Below the pieces are notes generated by a model, which saw only the letters and a list, made by a program, of their open reading frames with translations, was not told where the DNA came from and ran no database searches. From NCBI GenBank assembly GCA_038999725.1, contig JAWBWS010000003.1, positions 29,464 to 93,463 on the forward strand: 64,000 bases of DNA, written 5' to 3'. Positions 18,846 through 27,760 of this stretch are shown piece after piece. The translations under genes and the position numbers were made by a program. Source of the stretch: Candidatus Aenigmatarchaeota archaeon (GTDB lineage Archaea; Aenigmatarchaeota; Aenigmatarchaeia; CG10238-14; SCSR01). Every line of letters starts with the position of its first letter. Positions within the stretch are counted from its first letter, which is position 1.

Positions 18846-19861
18846 ACTTTTTCTCCCCTCAAAATTTCAGACCATCCAAAAGGTTTCATCAATTTTATAA
18901 TTATATCATCAGAAACTTTTCTGATATTTTTTTGAACATAATTTCTTTTCCTTATCAAAATTTTAAGATTAAAGAAGTTCCACAAAATTGCTTTCATTGT
19001 TGCTTTAGCTTGGTCAAAGCGACGAATCATAAGATAATAAAATACCGAGGCAAAATATACTACCAAAGTTATAGGCAACCACCTAATTAAATTTTTCATT
19101 TCATAACATTTTATTATAGTTTGTATAATATTTTTTCTTCCATGAAAAGCGACAAACTCAACTGGAAGCTTTTTCATCGTAGCCGATCTCTTATGTAAAA
19201 CAACAGATTTAGGAACATAAACAATTTTATATCCTGCCAACCAAATTCTAAGAGACGAGTCAGTATCATCATGGAGAATTACATAATCGTCGTCAAAAAA
19301 TTTACCTCCAATTTCGTTTATCAAATTTTTTCTAAACAATACTGGAGTTTGCCATATTAGACATATATCTGGTTTATCATCATTTAAATCGGTAGCTCCT
19401 ACCACAATTCCTGCTGGATTTATCGTTATTCCTCTTGCATCTATTTCATTTAGATTATTCCATTTAAGCTTCTTACCAAAGACTGCTCCGATTGTTTTAT
19501 CTTTTTCTATTATTTCTACTAGCTTCGTTAACCAATCTGAGCGTAAAGCTTTATCATCGTTATTTACTAGACATATGTATTCTCCAGTAGCATAAGTTAT
19601 TCCGGCATTACATCCGCCGGCAAATCCTAAGTTCTCTTTATTCCTTACTATTTTTGTTTTTATATTCGGATATTTTCTAAAAAGTTTTTCCACAAATTCA
19701 ACACTTTTATCATAAGAAGCATTATCAACAAAAATGAACTCTAATTCTGGATAATCTGTTTTCAAAAAGGATTCTACTGCTTCTAAAAGTTCTTTCTTTC
19801 CTGAATACATTTCTCCATTATAATTTACCATAATAATTGATACTTTTTTCATTTTATCCAT
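18833..19861 (-). CDS. family 2 glycosyltransferase
   Basis: VSIIMVNYNG...EFIFVDNASYDKS. Confidence 0.8.
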   Translation of the reverse strand: MDKMKKVSIIMVNYNGEMYSGKKELLEAVESFLKTDYPELEFIFVDNASYDKSVEFVEKLFRKYPNIKTKIVRNKENLGFAGGCNAGITYATGEYICLVNNDDKALRSDWLTKLVEIIEKDKTIGAVFGKKLKWNNLNEIDARGITINPAGIVVGATDLNDDKPDICLIWQTPVLFRKNLINEIGGKFFDDDYVILHDDTDSSLRIWLAGYKIVYVPKSVVLHKRSATMKKLPVEFVAFHGRKNIIQTIIKCYEMKNLIRWLPITLVVYFASVFYYLMIRRFDQAKATMKAILWNFFNLKILIRKRNYVQKNIRKVSDDIIIKLMKPFGWSEILRGEKVWPR

Positions 19862-20939
19862 TAGTTAATTCTAGAATTTTTTTATTTAATTCATCGAAGT
19901 TGTCAGTAATTATAATATTTTTAAATTTTTCAAATCCTCTCGCACCCATTTCTGTTGAAATAATTGGTTTATTAAATTTTAAATAATCGAAAATTTTTAT
20001 TTCAACACCAGTATCACAGATGGTTTTTGGATTTATAAAAGCGTCGCAAAGGCTTAGATACGAATCTAGATCTTTCACAAAGCCTTTAAGAATAACATTA
20101 CTAGGTATATTCTCTCTTTTTTTGAACACATCACAAACTTTTCCCAATATTAAAAAGACAATGTTTTTATCCTCCAGTTTCTTTGCAATCTTAATTATGT
20201 TTCTTACACTAATTATGTTAGGCTCAAATTTTGCTCCTACAAATCCAATTACAAACTTATCCTTCAAAATTTGTTTTAGTTTTTTTGGTGGTTTTAATTT
20301 CCTTTTTTTACGAGTGATATAAAATGGTAACAATACAGATATCTTTTTAGGTGAAACTTTATGATGGATTAGGATTTTTTTATCATTATCTGACAAACAA
20401 ATGACCAAATTCGATTTTTTAATTGCATCTAATTCTATATATCGGATTAACCAAATTAATGGTTTGTATATTTCTTTTCTACCTGTTAATTCGTAAAATA
20501 ATTTCCACTCAACATTATGTTCATAGAGAGCGCAAGGAATACCCAAGTTATTAGAAATTTGGGAGATAATTCCTGTAAATGTTGGATAATTAGAAATAAT
20601 TAGATCTGGTGTCTCTCTTTTTATTAATTCTCTTATTCTTCTTTTCCATATAAAATCCACTTTAGATATATAGTGAATGAAAATAAAGAAAATCAAATTC
20701 AATAACCATCTTTTTTCCGAACTTTGATAGTTCTCAGATAAGCCCCTCTTTTTTAAAGAAAAATATTTCATTATTTTGGAGGTAATGGATCCGACATTTG
20801 GAAGTGAAAGACATTTTACTTTATAGCCAAGTTTTTCTTCAAAGAACTTTTTTTGCCTCCAAATAAGAGAGGCTCCGCCGAAAGAATGTTTACTCACTTC
20901 TCTATTGCTGTTGGGATGAATTATTAAAATATTTTTCAT
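19854..20939 (-). CDS. GT-B fold glycosyltransferase (GT4-like)
   Basis: 361 aa with two Rossmann-like halves; C-terminal EMGARGFEKFKN resembles the GT4 E-x7-E region. Confidence 0.6.
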   Translation of the reverse strand: MKNILIIHPNSNREVSKHSFGGASLIWRQKKFFEEKLGYKVKCLSLPNVGSITSKIMKYFSLKKRGLSENYQSSEKRWLLNLIFFIFIHYISKVDFIWKRRIRELIKRETPDLIISNYPTFTGIISQISNNLGIPCALYEHNVEWKLFYELTGRKEIYKPLIWLIRYIELDAIKKSNLVICLSDNDKKILIHHKVSPKKISVLLPFYITRKKRKLKPPKKLKQILKDKFVIGFVGAKFEPNIISVRNIIKIAKKLEDKNIVFLILGKVCDVFKKRENIPSNVILKGFVKDLDSYLSLCDAFINPKTICDTGVEIKIFDYLKFNKPIISTEMGARGFEKFKNIIITDNFDELNKKILELTNG

Positions 20940-20963
20940 CCCCTCACCTTACTCACCAAATAT
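20935..20963. repeat. 29-bp exact direct repeat (copy 1) ttcatcccctcaccttactcaccaaatat
   Basis: Identical to 23411..23439. It contains the start codon and an SD-like GGTGAGGGG upstream of the downstream minus-strand gene. Confidence 0.9.
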
Positions 20964-21038
20964 AGAAAAGAGAGATTTCCATAGAGAAGAGAATCTACCT
21001 CCATTATAGTTTAGTAAAATAATACTCACTAAGGGCAT
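20949..21038 (-). pseudogene. 29-aa N-terminal remnant of a GT2 glycosyltransferase (MPLVSIILLNYNGGRFSSLWKSLFSIFGE*)
   Basis: Hand translation of the minus strand. It matches the N-terminus of GT2 17382..18404 (MNKMPLVSIILLNFNGAKYSNLWKSLF). Its start overlaps the 3' end of the nucleotidyltransferase gene and its stop lies inside the 29-bp repeat. Confidence 0.6.
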
Positions 21039-21792
21039 TTTTTTCACGCTTCACCCCATCCCTAATGATAAGCCAGGCCTTTAGTAAATTTTCTGGGTCA
21101 TTAATATTTATGTTTATTCCATCTATAAATTCGCCATAAGCTTTTCCATCTTTGGCAATTAATTTAATAGTGTTAGTAATTTCTCTTTCATTTCTCGGTG
21201 GGGCTATTGGGGTTTTCTCTATATAATCAAATATTTTTGTGTTAAAGACATATATTCCAGTGCCTCTAATTTTTGAGATAATTTTCTGTGGCTTTTCTAC
21301 TATTTCAATAATTTGATTATCTTTATTGAGTTTAACACAACAAGTAGATCTAAGGGTGTTTTCATCATTTTCACTTACTAAACCTTCAACTACTATCGCC
21401 TTTTTTTGAAAAAATGTTTCTATCAAATTTTGGAGGGAAGCTGTTATTGTGCAGTCGTCTCCAAGAATAGTAATAAATGGTTCATTAATGAAATCCTTCA
21501 CAGAATAGATGGTTGAAGCTATACCGCGTGTTGGCCTTTTTAATTCTATCAAATGAATTTTGGCATTTATAAATTCTTTTGTCTTTTTAAAATACTCTCT
21601 AAATTTTTCTTTGTGATAAAAAATAGGTATATATATTTCTTTAACCCCAACTTTTAACATATTTTCTATTATGTAATGAATTATTGGCTTGTCGTAAAGC
21701 GGGAATAGCGGTTTTGGTAAAATATGACTTAAATATCCCATCCTTTTTCCTTTTCCAGCAGAAGGTATTACGCCAATTTTTATTTTATTCAT
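21004..21792 (-). CDS. sugar-phosphate nucleotidyltransferase (NTP-transferase fold, RmlA/GlmU-like)
   Basis: GVIPSAGKGKRMG...ILPKPLFPLYDKPIIHYIIE N-terminal nucleotide-binding signature; 262 aa. Confidence 0.8.
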   Translation of the reverse strand: MNKIKIGVIPSAGKGKRMGYLSHILPKPLFPLYDKPIIHYIIENMLKVGVKEIYIPIFYHKEKFREYFKKTKEFINAKIHLIELKRPTRGIASTIYSVKDFINEPFITILGDDCTITASLQNLIETFFQKKAIVVEGLVSENDENTLRSTCCVKLNKDNQIIEIVEKPQKIISKIRGTGIYVFNTKIFDYIEKTPIAPPRNEREITNTIKLIAKDGKAYGEFIDGINININDPENLLKAWLIIRDGVKREKNALSEYYFTKL

Positions 21793-21814
21793 CTTTCCCC
21801 GCCTTTCTTAAATC

Positions 21815-22519
21815 TTACTTTTTTGCTGAAACATATAAAAATCTTGAAAATGCAGATCCAAATAATATCTTTAAAAGTTGTTCTGTCCATAAAATAATTT
21901 TTAGAAGAAATTTATTTGAAGTTTTATATAAAATGTCAGGTAATTTTGGACCATATTCTATTCGATTTATAGAAAAATTGTTTTTCCTAAGAATTTTTAA
22001 TAACTCGCTTTTAGATACTCGATTATAAGGAAGTTTGTGAAAAACATTCGCTCTATTTATTGAATATTTATTTGGCATTGAAAATACAAATATACCATCT
22101 CTTTTAAGAACTCTGTTAATTTCATTTAGAACATATCCTAAATTATTAACATATTTTAATACCCTAATTGCGTAAATGAAGTCAAAGGCTTCATCCCTAA
22201 AAGACAATCCTTTAGAAATATCGCATTTTAATATATTAACAAATCTAAATCTTTTTAGTTTTTCTTTGCATCTATTAACCATTTCTTCGGATATATCTAC
22301 CCCCGTAAATCTCACATTTTTTTTCACAACTTCTTTAGAAATTCTGCCAGGTCCAGTACCAATTTCTAAAACATTAATTTTATTTTTTCTGCTTGGAAGA
22401 TTTGATAAAACAAAATTTATTTCATTTTTGCTTATAATCTCCATTCCTTGCGCTCTATATGAATCCAGATACTTTTCACCTAAATAATTATAATATTTTT
22501 TGACATCCACTTTAATCAC
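21815..22519 (-). CDS. class I SAM-dependent methyltransferase
   Basis: Motif I VLEIGTGPGRIS followed by an acidic residue after beta2 (GVDISEEMV). Confidence 0.75.
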   Translation of the reverse strand: MIKVDVKKYYNYLGEKYLDSYRAQGMEIISKNEINFVLSNLPSRKNKINVLEIGTGPGRISKEVVKKNVRFTGVDISEEMVNRCKEKLKRFRFVNILKCDISKGLSFRDEAFDFIYAIRVLKYVNNLGYVLNEINRVLKRDGIFVFSMPNKYSINRANVFHKLPYNRVSKSELLKILRKNNFSINRIEYGPKLPDILYKTSNKFLLKIILWTEQLLKILFGSAFSRFLYVSAKK

Positions 22520-23415
22520 TCAAAATATTTTTCTGGGTTTGAAGTTATAATAATTTCATTATTTCTTATCATTCTACAAATAATATCATAGCATTTTTTT
22601 TCTAGATTTACATAATTCAAATTTTGAAAATAAAGAATTGCATGAATGAATTTGTCATTATCATATGGGATTCTTTTTGAATATATCTTTAATAAATTAA
22701 TTAATGTATTTTCATTTTTTACATTAAATTGATTTTTTATCTTTTCAGGTATAATGAAAAGGAGTTTATTTATTTTAGCCTCTTTTTTGGAGTTATTAAC
22801 CAATTTCTTGATATTGACATTAAAAAATTTGTGATCATTCGGAGGAAGTAGATAAACTTTTTCTCCATCCGTCAATATAATATCCTCAGAGATATATTTA
22901 GCACCTTTCTTAAGTAAATTTTCAACGAGTAGCGTCTTACCTGTTCTCGAAGGAGAAAAAATTAATATCGTTTTTTGATCGTACTCTAAACTTGCACCAT
23001 GAATAAACAAAAGATTTTTCTCTAAAAGTAAATCAAGCGCTATAATATTGGAAAGATGTAAGCCTATTGGCCAAATTTGTCCTAATTCGAAAGGTATAGA
23101 TAGACTTAAACGATTAGCTATAATAGTTTTTTTCTTTAAATTATAAGAAAATCTGAATGATACAGGACCAATTTTTCGTATATAATATATTGTACTGTTT
23201 TTTAGAACATAATATTGATACTTAGCATTTGGTTCTTTTGGAATCTTCACCTCTCCTATTTTAAAATAATATTTATAATTTGCATAAAAATTGAAAAAAT
23301 TAAGTAAAAAGTTATTATATTCCTCGTTATATTTACAGATTGCAAAACCTTTGAGAGGTAGAATTTCTGTTTGAATTTCTACTATATCCGGAGAAATAAC
23401 CCATCTATAGTTCAT
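22516..23415 (-). CDS. hypothetical protein with an HprK-like P-loop (Walker A) domain
   Basis: IHGASLEYDQKTILIFSPSRTGKTLLVENLLKKGAKYISEDIIL resembles the HPr kinase C-terminal P-loop pattern G.SG.GK(S/T)...L...G..L..DD. Confidence 0.4.
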   Translation of the reverse strand: MNYRWVISPDIVEIQTEILPLKGFAICKYNEEYNNFLLNFFNFYANYKYYFKIGEVKIPKEPNAKYQYYVLKNSTIYYIRKIGPVSFRFSYNLKKKTIIANRLSLSIPFELGQIWPIGLHLSNIIALDLLLEKNLLFIHGASLEYDQKTILIFSPSRTGKTLLVENLLKKGAKYISEDIILTDGEKVYLLPPNDHKFFNVNIKKLVNNSKKEAKINKLLFIIPEKIKNQFNVKNENTLINLLKIYSKRIPYDNDKFIHAILYFQNLNYVNLEKKCYDIICRMIRNNEIIITSNPEKYFE

Positions 23416-23439
23416 CCCCTCACCTTACTCACCAAATAT
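23411..23439. repeat. 29-bp exact direct repeat (copy 2)
   Basis: Identical to 20935..20963. Here it encodes the C-terminus YLVSKVRG* of GT2 23412..24272 and the start of 22516..23415. Confidence 0.9.
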
Positions 23440-24272
23440 CCCAATCCTGCTGAAAAATATCCTGTATAGTAACCAATTGCTTTTATTAGTAGTAAAAGGT
23501 GAGATTGTAAACCTAATTTCCAATCCTTTAAAGCTCCCTTCCTTAGTCTGACCTTTTTCTTTAATAAGTCTTTATAGTACCCACTTTTAATAAGATCATA
23601 AGTTGATCTTCCATATCTATAATTCTTTTTAACTAAACTCCATAAACTGTTTGGCTCAATATGCCAACAAGCATCTGGAAGGATGCCAACCTTTTGAGAA
23701 ATCTTATACGCTTCATAATATATTATCGCATGATCATGAGCAATTACACTAGGAAATAACTTTCTTGGGATTTTTTTAAATGCATTTTCTAAAATTTCTC
23801 TTTTGTAAAATCTAGCTAGTAGAACACCTTCTAATGGGTCTATATGAATTTTTGAAAGTTTATGAGTAAGTCGTCTATCAGCATCAAAAAGCTTTTGAAT
23901 CAATGAATTAGGTTCGTAAGTAAATTCCTCAAGAACAAGCATATCATAGTTTTTCATTAATTCCAAAGCTCTTTTAATTACACTTTCATTTTTTAGAATC
24001 TGATCAGAATCCATCATTAGGATAAAACTTCCTTTAGATTTTTCAAAGCCTAAATATCTTGCTCCAAGAAGTTTCCAATTGGTCTGAATAATATCTACTC
24101 CAAATTCTTTAGAAATTTTAACTGTTCTATCAGAACTAGAAGAGTCGACAACAATAACCTCAATATTATTATAACTCTGATTTTTAATGCTCTCTAAGCA
24201 CTTAGCCAAGGTTTTTTCTGAATTGTAAGTTGGAATTACAATTGAAACTAATGGCTTGGAAGCATTTTTCAT
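23412..24272 (-). CDS. family 2 glycosyltransferase
   Basis: VSIVIPTYNSEKTL...EVIVVDSSSSDRT. Confidence 0.8.
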   Translation of the reverse strand: MKNASKPLVSIVIPTYNSEKTLAKCLESIKNQSYNNIEVIVVDSSSSDRTVKISKEFGVDIIQTNWKLLGARYLGFEKSKGSFILMMDSDQILKNESVIKRALELMKNYDMLVLEEFTYEPNSLIQKLFDADRRLTHKLSKIHIDPLEGVLLARFYKREILENAFKKIPRKLFPSVIAHDHAIIYYEAYKISQKVGILPDACWHIEPNSLWSLVKKNYRYGRSTYDLIKSGYYKDLLKKKVRLRKGALKDWKLGLQSHLLLLIKAIGYYTGYFSAGLGYLVSKVRG

Positions 24273-24435
24273 ATTATAAAATAGTTAAGCAAATTAATAT
24301 AAAAGGTGTGGAAGTCTTGTGATAATTACATGGGGTTATGAAGACGAGATTAAAATTGGGAACAAGAAAATTGTTTTCAAGCCATTATGGAAATGGTTTT
24401 TGAATATTTAGATAATTTAAGATTGTTGTTATTTT

Positions 24436-25521
24436 TCACTTCTTTTTTATAACCATTTTTATAATCTTCTCGAACTCTTTAGCACTTCTATCCCAATCAA
24501 ACTTCCTAGCCCATTCCAAAGCATTCTTACTCAATTTACTCCTTAGCTTCTCATCCTCTAAAACTTTTATTATGGTTTGAGCCAAAGCCTTGGGATTGTT
24601 TTCAACCAACATTCCATTGTAATTATCTTTCAAAGAGTCCCTTAACCCCGGAACATCGTAAGCTATGGCTGGTGTCGCTAATGCATTAGCATCTGTAACA
24701 ACTTGCCCCCAACCTTCCCTTACTCCAGGCACGACAATAACCCAAGCCTTTTTCATCAACTCAATTTTCTTTTTTTCATCTAAATATCCAAAAAACCTAA
24801 CTTCCCCCGTTGATATTTTTTCCAATTTTCTTCTCAAATAGCCATCGCCGACCATCCATAATCTAACATCGCTCATCCTTCTCCTCACAATCTTAAAAGC
24901 TTCCAAGACATCTTGAGGCTTTTTTGCCCTTTTCATCCTCCCAACAAAAATTATTGTTGGTTTCTCGGCTTTTTTTGGAGGTTTTTTAAGAGGCTTAACA
25001 TTTGCCCCATTGTGAACAATAAAGACTTTTTTAAACCCTAAGCTCAGCAAATCCATTTTTGTGCTTTCTGAAACGGTGATTGTTGGGATATCAATGTAAT
25101 TCTTTAACCACTTGTTCTCGAGCCAGTAATAGCCAATCCAACTTATTGGAAAAGATGTCTCATAAAACCAAAATTCCCTTGCTAGCTGATGAATTAGACA
25201 AATTACTTTCTCCCCCCTGACAAACTTTGGGGCAAAAAATGGTATTGTGTTGATTTCATCTATTACTACATCAAACCCCTCTTTAGAGAAATACTTTTTG
25301 TAATATTCTTTCGCCTTTAAGTAGAGGGAATACTTTCCACCCTTTCTAACAATTCTTATCCCCTCTAGGGACTCCTCTTTCTTACAGCCTGGAAATTCTG
25401 AGGTAAAGAGTGTGACTTCATTCCCTTTTGCTATCCTCTTGAAAATTTCATGTGTGTATCTCTCTGCTCCCCCAGCCTCAGGATTTTTTATGTCTCTCCA
25501 ATTGAACACCAATATCTTCAT
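24436..25521 (-). CDS. GT-B fold glycosyltransferase (GT4 family)
   Basis: C-terminal EGWGQVVTDANALATPAIAYDVPGLRDSLKDNYNGMLVE matches the GT4 E-x7-E region. Confidence 0.75.
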   Translation of the reverse strand: MKILVFNWRDIKNPEAGGAERYTHEIFKRIAKGNEVTLFTSEFPGCKKEESLEGIRIVRKGGKYSLYLKAKEYYKKYFSKEGFDVVIDEINTIPFFAPKFVRGEKVICLIHQLAREFWFYETSFPISWIGYYWLENKWLKNYIDIPTITVSESTKMDLLSLGFKKVFIVHNGANVKPLKKPPKKAEKPTIIFVGRMKRAKKPQDVLEAFKIVRRRMSDVRLWMVGDGYLRRKLEKISTGEVRFFGYLDEKKKIELMKKAWVIVVPGVREGWGQVVTDANALATPAIAYDVPGLRDSLKDNYNGMLVENNPKALAQTIIKVLEDEKLRSKLSKNALEWARKFDWDRSAKEFEKIIKMVIKKK

Positions 25522-26375
25522 TTCCTCAACCCATCATAATATCTTAAAATCTTCAAACGATAGAAGATTGCAGCAGTATCCAAAACAATCCTCATCACAT
25601 CCCTTACCTTAACTCTACTACCAATCCTTTGAAAGTGTAATTCAACAGGAGCTTCAACAATTCTGAATCCTCTGTGGTTAGCGTTGACGAGCAACTCCAA
25701 GTCAAAAGCATATTTCTTGCACAAAACTCTTGGGAAAACTTCTTTCAAGACCTTATATTTAAAGAGTTTTAAGCCAGCTTGTGTATCTCTTACACTCAAA
25801 TTAAACAAAAATTTTGTTATTAATTGATAACCGTAGCTTAAAATCCTTCTATGTAAAGGATAATCAATTTTTGACAAAGGATGTCTTTTCGAGCCGACAA
25901 CAACATCTGCACCATACTTCTTCATGAAATCAATAAATAAAGGGATTTGTTTAGGATGCAAATCTAAATCAGCATCAATAAAAGTAATGAGTTTTCCGGA
26001 ACAAAAATTGAACCCATATTTTAAGGCAGACCCCTTGCCTCCATTTTCTTTCCTAATAACTCTTACCCTTCTATCTCCTCTAGCAGCTTTTATTGCTTCA
26101 TCGTAAGTGTTATCAGAAGAGCCATCATCAATCACAATTATTTCATAGTCCAATCCAGAAGCATCAAGCACTTTCTCTATTTCTCTTATACTCTTGAATA
26201 TAATCCTACCTTCATTCCAAGCTGGAACTATTACAGATAGTTCTTTCATTTTCACTCTCTCCTTAAATTTAAGTAAGAAAAACAATAAAAAATAATTTCC
26301 ATCCTTGCTACTCTTGCAGCAAGACAAGCGACTTTTGTATTGAAAGAAAATAAAGCTTTTGTCAAGAGGCTTCAA
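25518..26375 (-). CDS. GT2 dolichyl/polyprenyl-phosphate sugar synthase-like glycosyltransferase (DPM1/AglJ/GtrB-like); the true start is probably the internal Met at MKELSVIVP
   Basis: LSVIVPAWNEGRII...EIIVIDDGSSDNT...KGSALKYGF is the signature of Dol-P-sugar synthases. Confidence 0.7.
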   Translation of the reverse strand: MKPLDKSFIFFQYKSRLSCCKSSKDGNYFLLFFLLKFKERVKMKELSVIVPAWNEGRIIFKSIREIEKVLDASGLDYEIIVIDDGSSDNTYDEAIKAARGDRRVRVIRKENGGKGSALKYGFNFCSGKLITFIDADLDLHPKQIPLFIDFMKKYGADVVVGSKRHPLSKIDYPLHRRILSYGYQLITKFLFNLSVRDTQAGLKLFKYKVLKEVFPRVLCKKYAFDLELLVNANHRGFRIVEAPVELHFQRIGSRVKVRDVMRIVLDTAAIFYRLKILRYYDGLRK

Positions 26376-26380
26376 ACAAG

Positions 26381-27760
26381 TTATGCCAGAAACTGCTCCT
26401 CATATTTCTTCAAATACTCCACACTTTTCTTCACATCAACAAAAAGCTTCTCCACATAAACAACATGCTCTTTCTCTATTCTTTCAGCTTTTTTCTCTTT
26501 CGCAACTTCAAAGGCAGGAGCCAACAATTGAATTGCATACCTCAAGCTAGTTTTACTACCAATTTCAGTTAGATAATCCAAAGCTTCCTCACTAATCTTA
26601 ATCTTCTCAGATTTTGCTCTTATCTCCAGAATCTTCCTAATTTCCTCTTTCTCGTAGGGCTTTGTGTTTATTATCAGCAACCTGTCAAGCAAATCCAAAG
26701 GCATGCCATGAGCAGCTTTAATGTCAGTTCCCCTTATTGTTGCAAACCCCCTGTTTGTTGCAAAAATTATTATCGGAGCCAATTCCTGCTCCAAAGCCCT
26801 ATTCAAGAAAGCAAAAGTTTCTATGTCGAGCATGCTACATTCGTCAATGAAAACAACCCCTGGTATAAGCTCACATTTACCTTCCTGGACCAAAGTTTTT
26901 ATGTATTCATCAACCTCCTTCCTAACTTCAGGCTCAATTTCTTTTGACTCCTTTCCCCCAAAGAACAAGCTGAAGATATCGCTTCCAGCTCGTGAGCTGG
27001 CCACATCCAAAGCATGCAGAGTCACAGGATAAACAAACTCTTTCTCTTTCAACACTTTCCCCTTTGGCACAGGCACGGGCTTAACTGTTGTTAGATCAAC
27101 TTTCTTCTCCTTAGCAGCTTCTTCACTTATACCAACCTTAACTATTCTGCCACCATCCACATCTATGTTCACAACATCCCCTGTTTCTACACCTTGTTGA
27201 ATCAATTGAATTGCAAAATTTTGGTCCATGGTTAATTTCTTGCTTTCATCTTTGGTTGCAATTTTTATTGTTGCCCCAACTGGGATTTGCTGATAAGGAT
27301 TGTAGGGATGTTGAGCTTTTTCTATCGAAATTTCTTTAACTTCGCCCTCATATATCTTCCTCATCTCATGAATTCTTGCAGCTATGGCCTTTCTCAATGT
27401 TTGTGTGAGAAATTCGGTTTTCTTGATATCTGTGGAAAAAATTTCACTTGCCGCCAAGTGAACAAATGGAACATCTCTCCCCAATTCCCTTGCTATACCG
27501 CTTCCAAGAGCAGTCTTTCCTGTTCCAGGTGGTCCGGCCAACAAAATTGCTCTTCCAGCAAACTTACCTTCTTTTATCAGCCTAACAATCAAGCCAGCAG
27601 CCTCTCTTGCTTCTATTTGGCCAACCATTCCATCTGCTACTGGCTTTGCCTTCAAACCATCAAGACCCAAGCCTTGGATATGTGAATGAGCAGCAACCCT
27701 TTCCCACTCGCGCAGAGATTCGGGGATTTCCCTAATCTCTGCCATAACCTCACCTTTCAA
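26381..27760 (-). CDS. RuvB-like AAA+ ATPase, TIP49 (RuvBL/Pontin-Reptin) homolog
   Basis: GLGLD...GMVGQ..AREAAG...AGRAILLAGPPGTGKTALGSGIARELG..VPF; 459 aa with an insertion domain between Walker A and Walker B. Confidence 0.7.
   Translation of the reverse strand: MKGEVMAEIREIPESLREWERVAAHSHIQGLGLDGLKAKPVADGMVGQIEAREAAGLIVRLIKEGKFAGRAILLAGPPGTGKTALGSGIARELGRDVPFVHLAASEIFSTDIKKTEFLTQTLRKAIAARIHEMRKIYEGEVKEISIEKAQHPYNPYQQIPVGATIKIATKDESKKLTMDQNFAIQLIQQGVETGDVVNIDVDGGRIVKVGISEEAAKEKKVDLTTVKPVPVPKGKVLKEKEFVYPVTLHALDVASSRAGSDIFSLFFGGKESKEIEPEVRKEVDEYIKTLVQEGKCELIPGVVFIDECSMLDIETFAFLNRALEQELAPIIIFATNRGFATIRGTDIKAAHGMPLDLLDRLLIINTKPYEKEEIRKILEIRAKSEKIKISEEALDYLTEIGSKTSLRYAIQLLAPAFEVAKEKKAERIEKEHVVYVEKLFVDVKKSVEYLKKYEEQFLA

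Noticed and set aside
25518-25645. N-terminal 41 aa of the GT2 Dol-P-sugar synthase ORF (MKPLDKSFIFFQYKSRLSCC...)
   Set aside because: The conserved GT2 domain begins at the internal Met (MKELSVIVPAWNEG), so the extension is probably not translated. The feature was kept with a note rather than split.
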